Shown piece by piece: positions 24,005 to 38,127 of a stretch of 64,000 nucleotides of DNA; position 1 is the first letter of the stretch; each line of letters opens with the position of its first letter. Position numbers and translations under genes: made by a program. The notes under the pieces were generated by a model. That model searched no databases. It was given only the letters and a program-made list of their open reading frames with translations, and was not told where the DNA came from. Source of the stretch: Paraspadella gotoi (taxonomy: Eukaryota > Animalia > Chaetognatha); contig CM119267.1 in the NCBI GenBank assembly GCA_051294375.1, positions 12,239,692 to 12,303,691 of the forward strand, written 5' to 3'.

Positions 24005-27000
24005 CTCATTCACGACATACGTTCATTGCAGCGTTGGCGCCAGTGTTTCCATGAACAACGTTTTTGAAAAAAAAAGAAGTGAACCGAAACTTTTTTTCTT
24101 TTACTGATCTTTTTTAGAGAGAGAAATACTTAACAAGGGAGCAAAAGAGAGAGAGAGAGAGAGAGAGAGAAGATGAGAGAGAGAGAAGAGAGAGGAGAGA
24201 TGAGAGAGAAAGAGACAAAGAGAGAAACGAACGGCAAACGAATCTCGAATTTGGCAAGACATTAATCTCAGATAAATCATCTACAACTGTCTCGTGATTG
24301 GTCTCTCTCTCCCTATCCCCTCATCTCTCTCTCTCCCTTCTCTCTCTCTCTCTCTCTCTCTCTCTTCATTTCCCAGTCCCGCTCGCGAACACAGACCGGA
24401 GAGTGAAGCTTTCCTTATCACTCCGGGTTAACTTCGGCCTCAACTTTTGTCAGCTTCACAAAAAAATTTAAAAAAACCAACGATAATATATTTTTTAATG
24501 TTCGAATATATGAGTGATACCGTGACAAATGAACAAAACGCTTTCGATTTTATTCAACTTTTAATATCCCGGAAAATGGATTGCAATGGGGAGGGGCTTG
24601 GGAAATTAAATGGCCAATTTATCAATGCATAAAAAAACTGTTCAAATTACTTCTCCATTAGGACGTCAGCGATAAGGAACCGAGCGCTTGAGCCTATTCC
24701 TCCCCATCTAATTAAGGAATGTCTGGACAGAGTTCTTAAGTATTCGTCAGTCGTCGTCCTTGCTGACAACTTTCAAAACACGAAATCCCCCGGGTAGCGA
24801 TTTCATCTTGAATCTTTCATCGCCCAAAATACTCCGCTCGCTTTTAATTTTTTTGGTTTTTTTTTTTGTCTTTTCAATTGAAGAAGAATTTTTTGGGATC
24901 CGGTACCACACAAGACCAATTCGAGCAGCGTCCGCGCGACGGTGCGAGAATTAAACAACGAACGCAAAAAGAAAATAAACAACCAAAAAAAAGTTTATCA
25001 AAAAAAAGTTGGGAAAAAGATTGTGTCGCTACTTTTTGCTTAAGATTTGCGAGATAAAAATGGCGACTGCGAGAATTTTGGAAGAGGATGACGGACGCAT
25101 TTAGAAATAAAAAATAAGATCCAGAAACTTAGGCACATGTATTGGGTGGCCACAGATGGTCCCGTAATGTGTTTTAATTATACATGTACGCAACACTCAA
25201 CAGCAAATCTCTACGGTTCATTGTAATGCCATGTTCGATTAACTCCATGTTTATATTAAGGCGGAACAGGTACAAACTAACAGAAGATCCGGCATAATAT
25301 CGTTAATGTGTTATTAAAGATCAAAAACATATATAATAATTTAATCTTATAGTTAAACGCATGGAAGCAGTATTTTATATTATCCAAAAATACTATGAAT
25401 TGGTACAACCATATAAAATTATTCATTCATTTAATAAAATAAGCTATTCTTGTCCCTGACTTGGACAGCCTTTGGTGTTTAAGGCTTCCATCACCCTTAC
25501 AGTAATGATTAATAAGCATAAATATAAAATCTAAAATTAAAATGTAAAATTTTTTTTCCTTAAATTTTAATATTTTAAAAGGATTCTGATAGAGCTTTAA
25601 AAGTTTAGATAACGTTATTATACAACTTTTTAAAATTTTAATAATCTTTGTCCATGAAAATTAATAGAAAATATAAAATTAATGAATGATGATATTGATA
25701 TAATATGATTTTTAAGGTTTTTCTTTTTTAAAATTTTAGCTTATTTATCATTACAATGTTTAAAATTTGTATTACTACTTTTATCTAACTTTTTAATCTT
25801 TATCAGAATCCATTTTTAAAAAATTTTAAATTTCTTAAAAAAAGATTTTAAGCATATTTTATATATTGTAAATATTAAAATACTTCTCATGCTCGAGAAG
25901 ATTAATTTATCAAAATCTAACATCATAAGTCAATTTTGCGTTGTTAAAAGGACCAAAAGGACTTTTATGGCAGACTTTTTTCATATTGTAAAAAATGTTA
26001 AATTCTAACCCGGCCTTAACTATATATATAATATACATATATATTATATATGTAGTCGCGGCATTGCCTTGGTCAACCCCCCTATAAGCATGACTCTTTC
26101 AGTTTGTGACCCGGTGGCTCATTGAGTAAAGCCATCAGCTCATGGACCACTAGGTACCGGGTTCAATCCCAACCCGGTTCCATACCCCCCGTCCACCAAC
26201 CTTTCGCACCCTGGGGCGTCCGCGCGACCAAAAACTTATGGACAAGTCGATTTGGTCTGGCCTTCAGTATCTGTCGCCACGTTGGCCCTGAATGGACACG
26301 CACGTGCACTAATGTCAGCGCCCAAAAATAACAAGCAACATCAAGCACCTCTTCAATAATTCCCGAGGTCAGCGTCGTTATTCAACACTTTCAGTCGATA
26401 ATATAGGCCCACTCCCTGCCTCTTAATGGACACGCCCAACTACTCACGTGCGTTGATCGTTTACGCGCTCGTCAGAAGCGGGATCCCTCTTCGCGGCCTT
26501 CCTTCAGAATTGGGTCGCCGCGCTTCGCGCCCGTACCCTTGCAACCGTCACCACGAACCGGGAAGCCAATATCAGCTCTCCAGACGCGGCAAACGCCTAC
26601 GCTCTCGGCGACTTTGGAGCCAATCACAAGGAGGAGGAATTTGAGCCACGACCTGTCATCCCTGACGTCAAACCAGAGTCGACGACAGCGCTGGTTTGGG
26701 GGGATCTTTGGCAACCAAATTATTTGAACGACGACGAATACTAACCGCGAAAACAACGACGAACCGCTTGTGGTTCAGTTAGAATGACCGATTATAACCG
26801 GGACCATGTATGACCTTGTTATAAGCTGACCTTTTCAGCCAATGCAAATACGCAGGTTGTCGTTGTAACGATTTTTAGCGTTTTTGACCTTTTTCCCTGT
26901 TTTTGGATTATTTCTTCTCTCACCAAAAACACGTCTCCGAATTTTTCTCCAAATTCTTGTTTTTGAATCACGCAATGTACATATTTATAACATATATATA

Positions 27001-28798
27001 ACATATTATATATATCTCTTTCTCTCTCTCTCCTCTCTCTCATCACTCCGGTCTGCAAAAATATCCCCGGAAGAAATCCCTTCATTAGACTTCTTTTAAA
27101 ACGTTTTAGTTTGAAAAAAATAAAAAAATAGATAAAATAGTAGTAATTGGCTGAAAGCAGACGTCGGCTTAATAACTTCGGGAGGGAGGGGGTTTTTTTT
27201 TCTTTTTTTTTTTGCTTTTTAGCGTTGTTGGCCTACAGCGAAGCGACGCTAGCAACAAATGGAAACCAGAGGACGATGCGGGGGAGATTCCGTTGCACGA
27301 AAAGGAAAAAAAAATTGCCATGAAAATGCAGATGTCGTTTCTAAAGGGAGTTCCGGGTGCAGATCGAAATTTCTGCTGAGGACCAGATGCAAAATCAAGG
27401 TCCTTGTTTAGAAACTCGAGCGCAAAAATTAGAGGAACAGATTTATTTAAAACCCTTTTAATTTCTCTTTTTTTCTTCCCTTTGCACGTTGAAAAACTTG
27501 GCTGCCAATTTATCCAATGTGGCGAAGGCAAAGTCTTTTTTTCCGCTGTCTTGAATGCAAAAAGCCAAGGCCTAACGCGATGCTTCAGGGATACTTTAAA
27601 ATTCTTTGAAAACATATGGATGCTAAAATTGTATAAAAGGGTCTTGATTGTGGTAGTAAAAATGAGGGGAAATAATTAAATTTAATGAGAGTAAACTAAG
27701 AAATGGATACGATAAAAAAAGGAAAGAAGCTTCTGTTAGAAAACTCGTTGCACTGCGACAGTCTCAATTAAGAACGGTTGTTTTTGGCTCAGATTCTGTA
27801 TGTTTTGGCTTTTAATCATTGTTGTGTTTTAGTTAACTTCGTGGAAATAACTCAAATATGACAAGAGGGAGTAAAAGAGAGAGAGAGAGCAGAGATATAT
27901 ATATATATATATTTAGAGCGTCGCTTAAAAAGTTTAACTGTTTTGATAAAGGTCAAATAAATGTGTCAAAAGCTTAAGCATTAAAATTTAAATACAATAC
28001 TGTTCAAATTTTAATAAACTGGGACAAACGATTGCAATAAAAATATCATAACTTTATTGCGTTTTGAAACATAAAACAAGTTTTTCATTTTCACACTATG
28101 AAGAATTAAACCAGTTTCGAGTAAGATTCAAGAACGAACCCAAGAGGATTTCCGGCCGTCGTTACCCGGCCGATGGAAAAAATGCTGACGTTTTTTTTGA
28201 GTCTGCGAGCAGCGGAACCGCAAAAAGAAATTTCTTGCGTCGGTCAGTCGCCGCTGAAAATTTATTAGTTTCATCATAAAAAATATGAATTAAATAACTT
28301 AATTAAAAAAGATTTAATATTTAACCTTAGGGGTTTTAGGATTGCTTATGCTTTCAATTCCAATTAATCGGCTCCAATCACTTTTAGCCTAAAATTATCC
28401 CTTATAATAATAATAATAATAATAATAATAAAATAATATAATAATAATATAACCATCGTTATTATTATCTGTTTTATTGCTCTTTTGACTCTTAAAAAAT
28501 CCTAGCAAACGTTACTTCTCAACAGAACTCAGAAGATGCAAGCATGCTTCTCTTCGTCTAACAGCGTTGATTTCCATCCAATGGAACAACCAAGCACTTC
28601 TCCTCGGCTTACTCAGCTGCCTTCCACCACTCTTTTCTCCTCTCCTAATTAAATCTTATCCCTTTCTTTCTTTCTTTCTCTTCTTTCTTTTGTTTCGGTC
28701 CTTATTTTTTCCCTGGTTTAATTCTTTTTCTTCGGACATAATCTCTCTATCTCTCCTTCCATCTCTGTCTCCTTTCCTTTCTCCCCCCTCTCTCTTCT

Positions 28799-28870
<72 letters not shown>

Positions 28871-30146
28871 TCTTTTCACCTGATTTTTGCAATCATATTT
28901 TCCAACAGAGTCCGAAATCAGCAAATTTAACGAGCAGTTAGAAACTTATAAGTCTCAGGCCGTAATATTTTACGAACACAAAAGAGAGAGAGAGAGAGCA
29001 TGAGAGAGATGAGAGAGAGAGAGAGAGGAGGAAGAGAGAAGAGAGAGAGAGAGAGATGAAGACGTGCCGAGAGTCGTGGAAGGAGCTAGACGATTGCGAG
29101 GGAGATTAAGAAGGGAGGAGAAAGAGAGAGAGAAAATATAGAGAGGAGAGATGAGAACGAGACGAGAGAGATGAAGGAGAGGAAAGAGAGAGAAAGAGAG
29201 ATGAGAGAGCAGGAATGAGAGAGAGAGCAGAGTGAAGGATGACGAAGAGAGATGAAAGGAGCTGCCAGAGAAGAGAAGAGATGAAGCATATAAGAAAAGA
29301 CGATGAGAAATGACAGAGAGAACGTAGAGTAGGAGAGTGAGGAAAAAGATAAAAATACGAGAAAAATAAGAGGAGTCTTAGTGATAAAGGAAGATGAGTT
29401 TTGATTTGCAAGGCTGACGTCCGAGTAAGATAATGAGTTAAGGAAATTAAGTATCACGCTCCGCTGTATGTGAGTGGCTTGATGATGTGTACTGGTGCTG
29501 GCTGTACAGAACGTAGTAGATACAGGTTTATGTTTGCGGAAGCTCACGACGTGATGATGAGCGTTATTGAACACGAAAGCAGGATGTTGTTCGCCTACAT
29601 TCAAAACCATATTTGTTTCTTGTTGTTTGTTGCTAAAGTGACTTTTTTCTGAGGACACCTTAGGAAAAACTGTCATCATGGCAGCACGAAAAAAATTGTA
29701 GAAAAAATGACTGCGTAGAGACAGTGACGCGAGAGACAGAGACGAGAGAAGAGACGGACGACGAGAGATCAGAGTAGACGGAAGAATGACGGAGAGAGCT
29801 GGTAGCGAGGACGACTGTAGAGAGAGAGAGAGAGAGAGTTTCATGCTCTGCGACTCAGTGACGGAATTACCACGAAATTGCCTTTCTTCGTAGCCTCAAC
29901 GAAAAAAAGAAAAAAGAAAGAGGGAGAAAGAAGACGATGAAGTCAAGGATATGAAATACAAAATACTTTTTTCGTCCTGTTCCTTGTTTGTTGTCTTTCT
30001 TCGTCGTCTTCTTAGATACCTCAATGTTTTATTTTAAAGTTAGAACGATAAAACTTCAACTATATTATATCAGGAGTACTTGAGGTAGTCGATGTCTCAT
30101 CAAGGCACCTCTCTCTCTCTCTCTCTGTATCTGTTTGTGTGTTTAT

Positions 30147-30177
<31 letters not shown>

Positions 30178-31520
30178 CCAAATACAATTCTCAGGTTTAA
30201 AATTCTCTCTCTCTATCTCTCTCTCTACTTTTGTGGCGTAGTGAAAGTTGCCAGATCAAAATTCGATAGTTAATCATGAACAGTCTTGGACTAAAGAACA
30301 TTAATACATAAACAATTTTAAAAAAATTTTTGTCTAAAATCTTTGCATACGCCCATTATCTATAATAGTACTTACCATAGAAATGTTCAAACATTATAAA
30401 ATGTTCAAACATTAACATCAAAACAAAATGTTCAAGTCAAACATTAATACATAAAACATTTTTTTTAAAAATTTTCTAAATCTTTGCATACGCCATATCT
30501 ATACAAAGTACTACCATAGAAAATGTTCAAAAATTTAAAAAAAAAATTTCTTATGTTTGAAAGCAGAATCGAATTCCTCATAAAAATTCTCATAATAATC
30601 AAAAATTCTTACATTAGTTAGCAAAATTTTAAAAACTATATTTTTTTATCTAAAATTTTATTATAGCGTAATAATAATAGTTTTTAGGATTTTGATCCAC
30701 TTAATGAATAGTTCTAAAAAGAGTTATATTCCTTTCATCAACTTTATCTCTTTTAAAAATAAAAAAAAAAACATTTTTAAATTTTGACATTTTCTATGGT
30801 GAGTACTATGTATAAATATATGGGCGTATGTGAAAATTTGAAAATAAATTTTTTATTTAAAAGCTACAGTTTTTTTTTGCATTTCTGCTTTGGATACCAC
30901 TCATTTAAGAACCTTTCGACACACATGCCATGTGTGTTCGCTTTATCGATAATATTCGAATTGATTCTACTTGATTTTAATATTTTTTGCAACGCTTTTA
31001 CTTAAACATCGTCATCATCATCATCATCATCGTCTCGTCATCATCGTCGTCCTCGAGTGTCCAGTGTTGGATCGAAACTCCCTCCATCTTTCCTTCCAGG
31101 GTTTTTGGCCGAGTAAGGAGACTGGGGGGGGGGTAGGTGGGGTCGAGTCGAGGTTGAAAAGTGTTTTGAGGATCAGGTCAAGGGTTAAGAGTCGGTGTTA
31201 AGAACTGTGAGGGGTCCATCGATTAAAAAGGATTGGAAAATGTTATGGGTTGAGGAGGGGGGGCGGGAGTTGAGTGAGAGAGAGACGGGAAAAGATACGC
31301 GATGAACCAAGAAAAAATGTGAACTCAGGCTGACCCCAATTTCATCATGTCTGGTTTTTCTGTGATCAGTGGACGAGAACGACGAGGATCACCAATATTT
31401 AAACTTTAACGACGTTAATCGCGTGACGTAGTTTTTCACGCCTGCCGCCAACAGCGGCTTCTTCGTCAACCACGTCATTATGACGTCAATCTCGGGGTCA
31501 GTTGCATAGGACGCCCACCA
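21876..31520 (+). repeat. second, indel-rich copy of the 7.5-21.8 kb region
   Basis: colinear homology starting immediately after the 25-N gap at 21851-21875. Confidence 0.95.
26194..26705 (+). pseudogene. redundant copy of the Gypsy integrase remnant (leader and tRNA-like module at 26051-26185)
   Basis: ORF-track fragments GVRATKNLWTSRF and EWTRTC; same layout as 11391-11890. Confidence 0.85.
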
Positions 31521-31537
31521 GAATGAATTATCTCCTG

Positions 31538-31622
<85 letters not shown>

Positions 31623-32360
31623 CCCTCTCTGGGTTAGGAGGCTTTAAAAGATTAATTTGCATATTATCTGGGTTTCGAAATTGTGAAATGATCGGGGCGT
31701 CGCTGTATGAGCTCCGAGACGTAATCTCTTTCACTCTCGCTCTCTCCTCGCACTAATAGTCTCACAGTCTCACAGACTCACATAAATGCCCGACTACAAC
31801 TTTTAGTAACAATTATTTGGGAGTCTTTAAAATACATGGCTTTTTAAATTTAGCCTATAAAATGATTAATATGGACTTAATTTATGTAGAATTTACAAAA
31901 TAGTAGGACATGGTTTAAAATTTTAAAAGAAAATCATTGCGTTAAATTTTTTTATTCATTCGAGTGGTTACGCAATTTCCATCATTTACTACGAGAAATG
32001 TACATAAACAATTTTGAACATGTACTGACTTTTTCAAATAAGTTATTAAAAACTATTTCACTTTGTTCTCCCACTTACCTAATAAATCCAAGCGTTAGTT
32101 GGGGAAGCAAAAATTTCAAAGTTAAAACGGCAGAAAAAAAAAATTTATTAACCTGCGGTAAAATTAGTTTTGTTCGTTGTATAAATACTCATTGATTTAA
32201 TTCTTGTTTGTTCGTTCGATTTGTTGAGAGCATCGCACATTCGAAAAAGACTTTTCACTTTTTACTTTGACTTTAATATCCCTATTTGCTTTTCCTATGA
32301 AATTGGTACAACCAATATTTATTTGACTTTGGTCAGGCTTAAAGGCTTAAAGGCCTCCAT

Positions 32361-33147
32361 TAAGGCGTAGTGAAAGTTACATACGAAAATTCTAAAAGTT
32401 AATTATGAACAACATACCATCAGTGAACATTAATTTGTAAAAAAAATTAATTTTATGTTTTTTAATTTTCGCAGTAGGCTATATTTACATGAAAATTTGC
32501 AAATTACTTGTTTCACTATTTTCTATTTTTCTATTTTATGAAGGATATAGTATTAGTGTTAACAAGAAGTGGTGACAATATTATGAAAATATTATGTTAA
32601 TATTATTCATATTTTGATTTCAAGTAATATTGAAAAAAGGAAAATACCATTAAGATTAAAATCGGTAGTATAGTATAGTACTATCCTTATAAAATCGAAA
32701 AATTTCAAAATAGGCTTTTCTTAATTTTGATTGCAGATTTGAATTCCTCGTCAAAAGTTGATAAAAGAAAATATAAATCATTTTTAAAAATTCTTTCATT
32801 AAGTGGGTTAAAAATTAAAAAAACTATATTTAATATATAAAAAGTTAATTTTCAGCTTAAAATATAGCTTTTTCTAATTTTTGACCCACTTAATGAAGGA
32901 ATTTTTTAAAAAGAGTTATATTTCTTTTTAACAACTTTTTATGACGAATCAAAAATATCTTAGAAAAAACTGTTTTGAAATTTTAACATTTATTGGTTTA
33001 GTACTAGTATAAATATGGCCTACTGCGTAAATTAAAAAATTTATTATAAAGTTTTTTATTACATAAATGTTCATTAGTATAATATTGTTCATTCCTCACT
33101 TTTAGAATTTTAATTAAAGTTAAATTTAGAAATTTTACTACGCCTTA
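32361..33147 (+). mobile_element. non-autonomous hAT-like transposon (MITE) with 8-bp TSD
   Basis: TIR TAAGGCGTAGT...ACTACGCCTTA fits the hAT YARNG terminus. Perfect 8-bp direct repeat GCCTCCAT at 32353-32360 and 33148-33155. Long imperfect internal inverted arms and no ORF. Confidence 0.88.
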
Positions 33148-33310
33148 GCCTCCATCACTCTTACAAGATAATGACATAGCAGGTAGTCGTCTATATAATA
33201 CTTGTATTCCTTTCCTTATCTAGCGACCGCACGCCCCCGCCTTCTTCCTCCGAGTTTTTCCAACGGCATCTCCATCTCCTTTGTCGTCGTGAAAGGCTGT
33301 TTTGAAGCCT

Positions 33311-33332
33311 CGTCGTCGTCGTCGTCGTCGTT

Positions 33333-33372
<40 letters not shown>
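33311..33372. repeat. (GTC)n microsatellite
   Basis: read directly. Confidence 0.95.
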
Positions 33373-33373
<1 letters not shown>

Positions 33374-34069
33374 AGGTTATCTTGTTAAAAGGAGCAATTT
33401 TGAGCAAAGATGAAGCGGATGCAAATAGGATGGGGTAGCGGAGGAACGGGTGGGGGGGTTCGGGTATAGTAGATCGAAGGAGGAAAGTCAAAGCAGAAGG
33501 AAAATTTGTTTGGTACAGATTAACTGAAAGAATTATGCGAGGAAAGATGAAAGAAAAATTAAAGTCTGGTACACAATGTTGAGAGGGACCTAGAAAGGAA
33601 GAAGGTTACCGGTTAATATAATGGGTTTTTTTTTAGCGGAGGTTTTAAGGATTTGGCGAAGACGGGGTTGACAGGGAGGGGGGGGGAAATCGATTCTGAC
33701 AAATGAGACGGAAGTCGCCACGCCCAAACTTGGCAAAACAGAATCTCGACCCAAGAGAAATGAGAGGAGGAATCCTTTGGCGGAGACTCGTGGAAATGAA
33801 GGGAACTTTTTAGAACATGCGAAAAAAAAGTGGAAATGTGATTCGAACGGCGGGGTGTAAAAATAATAGGAGAAACATTTTCAAAGTATAAACTGTTGTT
33901 CCTTTATTCTATTTTGTCGCTCTCATCATTGTTGATCGCCCTATTGCTCTCTAACAGAACTGCCCTCTCACTCATCCTCTTTCATTTTTTCTTGCACGGC
34001 CTGTTGCTCGTCCTCTTTCTAGCCCTCTTTCATAAACTCTTTCGCTCACTGATGCTCGCCCTCTCACTT

Positions 34070-34200
34070 GTTCTCTCGCTCGTTCTCTCGCTCGTTCTCT
34101 CGCTCGTTCTCTCGCTCGTTCTCTCGCTCGTTCTCTCGCTCGTTCTCTCGCTCGTTCTCTCACACGTTCTCTCGCTCGTTCTCTCGCTCGGTCTCTCTCC
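34070..34200. repeat. 12-bp minisatellite (GTTCTCTCGCTC)n, about 10-11 units
   Basis: explains the LVLS/ERTS/RARE repeat ORFs. Confidence 0.9.
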
Positions 34201-34337
34201 CGCTCTCTTAACTGCCCTCTCGCCCGCCCGCCTCGCTCTCGAGCTCCAGGTGAGCAATCCGCACATCTTTCTCTTCTATTTTTAGCGGAATTTTCGGCGA
34301 AGCGAATTCGAGCGTGAAAAATGCGACTCGACGCTGC

Positions 34338-34445
<108 letters not shown>

Positions 34446-35746
34446 GAATAAGACTAAGAGCGAACCAGACGGAAAGCAAAGTAGATTTTAGAAAGATATA
34501 TAAAAAAGAGAGAGCTTGAGAGAATTAGAAAGGTTTCGTGGAAAGAAAGTAAAAATGATAAGTAACGGGAAAAGAGCGAGAGAATAAAACGGAGAGTTAA
34601 GGTTTGAGAATGAGGGAATTTTTAATGAATAAAAGATAGGGCGATTGAAAAATCTGTTATGAACGGAAGTCAGTCTGAAGTCAATGTGTCACATCCGGGG
34701 CCTACAAATATTAAATGAAAAAAACAAGATTCATGCCTCGATTTTAGGTAACCTAACTGTTGTTCAAATTTAAAAATCAATTCTTTCCAAACAAAAAAAA
34801 AAGAAGCGAAAATCGACTGGGAACTTGTGAATTTAAAAGCGATAGCCTGTTTACTTTCTATTTTATCACCGCTGGGAATACTTCTAGGTCGGCTCTTCTC
34901 TTCAAACCTGAAATAAAACAGAACGAAAAGAAATAAAACGAAAAAACAAAACAAAACAAAAAAAAAGACTCAAATGGAAACAGAGCGAGATTAAAATGGG
35001 GCAAGAATAAAAAGAACAAACGCTGTAAAAAAATAAGAAAAACGTGAAAAAAAAAGAAATAGGCGGGTTTTTTGGTTTTTCCGTAACTTTAAAGAGACAA
35101 AGAGGAAGGGGGCGCCGGACGCGACGCGGGGGGGGGGGTGGAAGAGTGAGGAGGGAAAGACGGAGAGAAAGTAGACAATAAAAAGGTTGGCAGTGAGAAG
35201 CGGTGAAGATATAAATGGGCAAAGATCGGTGTGTTTTGTTTTTTTGGATAAAAATAAAAAGGTTTTAATTTGAGAAAGAGAAACGACGCTTGGTTTTAAC
35301 TTTTCGGAATCAACGAAGTTCGAACGACGGAAAAAAAGTCACAAGTGGCAAAGACGAGAAAAGTTTCACTCTCTGTGAATCTCCTTCTCTTCTATTTCCG
35401 AGTTTTTTTGGTTTTTTGTTTCTTGGTTTCTTTGTTTTACATTTGGTTGTTGAACATTTTTCTGTTTTTTTTCTTCTTTTTCTTTCTGTTTACATACTTG
35501 TACAATGCAAATTAAAGATTTGAACAAATTTTCACAGTGAAATTGAGATTGAAAGAAAAGAAAATTAAGACGCTTGATAAAAAAAGAAAGAAAAAAGATA
35601 AGTGCCCGAAGAAAAAAGTCGGGATCCTGATTGATTTCGCGGCGAGGTGCATGGCGGAGCTATGGCAACTATGCGGGCAAGCAGCTTAGCTTGATTGACA
35701 TTGTGTGACTCGAGCAAGATTGATTTTGAAAGGAAACAGCGACAGA

Positions 35747-35884
<138 letters not shown>

Positions 35885-38127
35885 ACAAACAATGAGAGCT
35901 TGCGTCTGCGCGGAAAGCAAATTAATAGGAAAAGGAAAGAGATGAATGATTAAAGCATAAAGATTGGAAGACGGAATCATAATGAGGAGGACGATTATCA
36001 TTTTTTTCGATTGTCTTTCAGGCCTCGTCGTCGTCGGCGTCGTCGTCGTCGTCGTCGTCGTCGACGTCGTATGATGAATTATCGTTTGGCAGCGAGATTT
36101 ATCTTAAGCTCAACTTTCTCTCTCTCTCTCTCTCTCTCTCTCTTCACCTGCGCTGAATATTCGATATAGGTCTCCAGAGATGTCGCTTCGAGATCGCGTC
36201 GCTTCTGAATTTGACAAAAGACGCAACGGAGGAAAAAAAAAGGGTGAGACGGCGAGTAACGACGGCGATGTCCTATTGTATCGACTGCTCACTGTTAAGC
36301 CTATTTTGCCAGATGTTTCATCTCGTTTAATGTCGCGAGAAAAGTTACAATTTTTGTTTTTTGTTGGATAACAAATGAATAAGAAAAGTGTTTAAGAGTT
36401 TTTTTCCATTTCTGCTAAAAAACAGCTTAAAAATATTTTGTTGCCAGATGGCGTATGCTTCTATATAAACATTAAACAAACATACCAAGCTGCTTGATTT
36501 GTAACCGGAACGAAATGGATCGAACTCTTGGAAGAACTGAAACGGCAATCAGCGCCGAAAAAAAAACCAAATGGATGGAATTCGAGGTCAAACATGGGAG
36601 CTAATTTATGGGCGAGTCCCTGGAAAAGCGAGGAAAAAATAGATGTCCTCTCGGCCAAACGGATCCGCAAATCGGGTTTTGGGATTTGAGTTTTTGGGAG
36701 TGGAGATTTGAGAGTCGGGATTGGACAGTCGCGATTGCGGGAGTTGGGATTTTGTCAGGGGGATTTTTGGAGTCTGGAATTGGGCGTTTGGCGAGTTGAA
36801 ATTTTCTTTATTTGGGATTTTCGACTTTGTCGCCGATGAGGAGGAGGGGTTCAGCCGAAAGCATCGTCATCCTCCCCTTTCCTCATCCTCTTCTCCTTCG
36901 AGCTCGCGGGATTTCGGGGGTCCAGGTTTTTAGTTTCAAAAATATTCACTCCACCTTTTTCCCTCTCTTCAGTCAGACGGTACAACTTGTATATTATTTA
37001 TTCGGCCTTTTTCCTCCTTTTCAATAAACGCCTTTTTCTCTCATTTCGATCTTATTTTGCCAGAGACATGATTATAGGGGTCGCATAGGAAGAATTAGGA
37101 AGAAAGAGAAAGTTTGAATGTTAACGGGTTGTGCGGATAAAATCCAAAAATTTCAAAGATTTTAATATTAAAATTTAAATAGTTTATTTGTGCTCTAGTA
37201 AAACGGAGAACAGCTGTACGAAGCGGCAGAGAATTGTAGAATTGCGTCCTCGTCCTAGTCTTACCACAGAGCACTCTTGGACCCGGAATATCCCCAGACC
37301 TATTATAGAGGGAGGGGAAGCGCAAGATGATTAGGCGAATGAAAAAAAAGGTTAAAAAAAAAGAAAACGAAAAAATAGAACAAATTGATGAAACATAAAA
37401 AAAAAATTCTTGCTGATTAAACTGAAAGAATTACTGAGAAATGATAATGACACGATTTATAAATCAGTTAACGTCAAGTTGCGACGTTGCATAAATCTCT
37501 CGGTGGTATTCCGAAGCCATCTCTGCATAACATCTCCAGAGGCCACGGCATAAATATCGCGGCAATATGCAGTCGTTGACGGTTAAAGAGCAGTTGATCG
37601 AAAAACGGTGAGACTCGCAATCGTCAGATGTCTGGCGGCCAATCTTGAGAAGAAAAAGACCGATCGATTTGGTAAGTTGGGAAACGAAAAAGAAAAAAAA
37701 TCTAACTGGTTACATATGTTTTGTAATAAAAATTTATACTTAAAATATTAAAAAACCACAAAGAAAAAATTCTGAAAAAAAAACGGTTGCTAATGGAAAC
37801 CAAGTTTGTGGTAGAGATAAAATTTAGATGTATTAACTTTTCTTTTCCACTTTCCAGGAAATCATCAAGAAAGCATCTGACTCTGGATTCTTCACAAACC
37901 GGAAAAATACGAGAGAAAATAAAAGCGAAACCAGAGTAATGGCGCAGCAAGGAGAAAAATAATTGCTAACTTCTGGAGAGCGAGAGAGAAATAAATGTTT
38001 GAAGCTTAAAGTGGGAGGGAAAAACTAAAATTAATGACTGAAACAGAGAAACTCGTTGCGGAATAGATTAATGAATATAATGAATAATTTTTTTATACAC
38101 AGCAAAAGTATAAAACGTTGGCAAAGG

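Noticed and set aside
29086-29844. 252-aa ORF, the longest in the track
   Set aside because: It is an S/L/F-rich translation of a noisy CT-rich tract and is not preserved in the other copy (17156-17515).
33896-34285. Membrane protein (LVLS repeats) or RS/RE-rich protein ORFs
   Set aside because: All frames are translations of a 12-bp minisatellite, with no domain evidence.
37465-37645. 59-codon open frame on the minus strand (IGRQTSDDCESH...)
   Set aside because: No recognisable homology and only a weak acceptor; insufficient to call an exon.
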